From a virus, in IMG/VR virus record IMGVR_UViG_3300036819_000331, positions 26,588 through 90,587 of that record: a DNA stretch of 64,000 nucleotides. The stretch is one strand, 5' to 3'. Positions 62,696 to 64,000 of this stretch are shown here, in pieces. The notes below the pieces were generated by a model, which was not told where the DNA came from, made no database searches, and saw only the letters and a program-made list of their open reading frames with translations. Every line of letters starts with the position of its first letter. Position 1 is the first letter of the stretch. The translations under genes were made by a program, and so were the position numbers.

Positions 62696-63544
62696 TCAGA
62701 GCATGTAAAACGGTACACCTTCCTTGGCGAGTGATTCGAGCTCTGACCCGATCCACACCGGGCCGCACCAGCCGCCTTGCCATCCCCAGTACTGGTCGAA
62801 TGGCCCCCGAAAGAGGTCCTCTGGGAATTGCAGGCGCGCAAACCGATTCTCGATAACTATGACGCGCGGACTTCTTGCGGGCGGTTGCGTCCTATCGAAC
62901 CCTGGCGCAAGCTCATTGAGCAAATTGAACTGGTCGCCGAATTCAACAACCAAACCGGCCTGCTGCTTTGCATAGAGCCGCCGCCAGACTTCGAGGTGGA
63001 GTGAATCAATGGCGTGGTATCCAAGGAGGATAAGAGCGCTGAAAGTCGTGTTGCTGTTATCTTTCAGTAGTGGTTCAGATAGGTGCTTCAGATCCTCCGG
63101 CAAGTCGGACCATTTCGGAAATCGGTAGAAGACGGGAGATGGGTCGATACTCGTCTGATCGCGCGATGAAATAACGCCAGGTCCGAACGCCGCTGCGAGC
63201 ATAGTGGGTGGGTCAGAGGGTCCGAACATGCTTGCAGAATGTACGGCGAGCGCGCATGGCATTCCCTTGTATTCTCGGAATTGCCTTCGTGCTTTCTTGA
63301 TTTTGAGGCGAACTGGATCATCAGGGCTGATTGGATCGGATGGCCACTGTTCGGGCCAACCCACGGTCTTGATTTCGACGATGCACTGGCCGGCATCGTG
63401 AGTGATAAGGTAGTCGGGCTTGCAGTCGCCTGACACGGCCTCGTATTCCCACTTGATTGCCTGCGCATCGAGATATTTTTCGAACAGGCGCTGCCCCACC
63501 GCGCCGATATCTTCATTGAGGTGGGCGAATGGACAGAGTTCCAT
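62696..63544 (-). CDS. PD-(D/E)XK nuclease-like protein
   Basis: YE....PDY.......VEIK motif. Confidence 0.6.
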   Translation of the reverse strand: MELCPFAHLNEDIGAVGQRLFEKYLDAQAIKWEYEAVSGDCKPDYLITHDAGQCIVEIKTVGWPEQWPSDPISPDDPVRLKIKKARRQFREYKGMPCALAVHSASMFGPSDPPTMLAAAFGPGVISSRDQTSIDPSPVFYRFPKWSDLPEDLKHLSEPLLKDNSNTTFSALILLGYHAIDSLHLEVWRRLYAKQQAGLVVEFGDQFNLLNELAPGFDRTQPPARSPRVIVIENRFARLQFPEDLFRGPFDQYWGWQGGWCGPVWIGSELESLAKEGVPFYML

Positions 63545-63562
63545 TTTCTGTAAACGGTCTCC

Positions 63563-63673
63563 CTAGAAAACGTAAACCCGCAGCATCCACCACACCAGAA
63601 ACAGCGCGATCACCGCCACCACGATGTAGCGGACCCATTGGCCCGGCGTTCTTGGCTCGGTTCGGAGGGGCAC
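63563..63673 (-). CDS. small single-TM protein
   Basis: WVRYIVVAVIALFLVWWML; GTG start uncertain. Confidence 0.4.
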   Translation of the reverse strand: MPLRTEPRTPGQWVRYIVVAVIALFLVWWMLRVYVF

Positions 63674-63802
63674 GGGGTAATGGTAGCAGGTCCGGCGATT
63701 CTTGCCGGTCGGCCTTACCGAGCCTTCTCCTTCGCTTGCGCTCACGGTTGCGCGCTCGCCGGACCGGAAAATGTTACGCTTCATCGGAGAGAGGTATTCA
63801 TC

Positions 63803-64000
63803 ATGTTCGAGGGATCTGCGAATTGGCTCTCCATTCCGCTATGGCTCCCAATTGACGTCGCTTTCGCCATTGTCTGCGGCATCATCGCGAGCTACAACGG
63901 GCGGAAGTTCTGGCCGTGGGTCGGCTGGGGAGTGCTATTCGGCCCTCTGACGCTGGTGTATCTGGTGGTTGTCGTGGTGCGGAGGGGCGGGGAGCGGTAG
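63803..64000 (+). CDS. small membrane protein
   Basis: GAGG RBS; IA..GR.F..W...G.LFGP motif. Confidence 0.6.
   Translation: MFEGSANWLSIPLWLPIDVAFAIVCGIIASYNGRKFWPWVGWGVLFGPLTLVYLVVVVVRRGGER

Overview
The window is almost entirely one large temperate tailed phage (about 1-59.5 kb), probably of an alphaproteobacterial host since it carries a GapR homologue and a GTA-like DUF2460/DUF2163/NlpC tail tip. It is followed by an accessory end (59.5-64 kb). Left arm (- strand): plasmid-type ParB and DUF1281-like genes behind a 148-nt hairpin, ExoX, RecT, RecE and many small early genes. Immunity switch: cI/cro with five 17-bp operators. Right early region: GapR, a Tad2-like DUF2829 protein flanked by structured intergenic RNAs, RusA-like and DUF1376 replication genes. 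Late region: terminase, portal, MuF, protease/scaffold, capsid, neck, siphovirus-type tail and lysis genes. No integrase or att site is visible, and a ParA/RHH pair suggests a possible phage-plasmid. The most unusual signals are: (i) a block of Sec/lipoprotein-signal-peptide, Cys-rich proteins with tail-fibre, depolymerase and SGNH hallmarks embedded in the late operon between endolysin and spanins; (ii) an in-frame A-AAA-AAG slippery site that would fuse portal to MuF; (iii) a dispersed asymmetric 15-20 bp motif; (iv) a helical-repeat/K+ channel fusion; (v) an Frpo-like hairpin. All family assignments come from motif recognition by eye; no searches were run.
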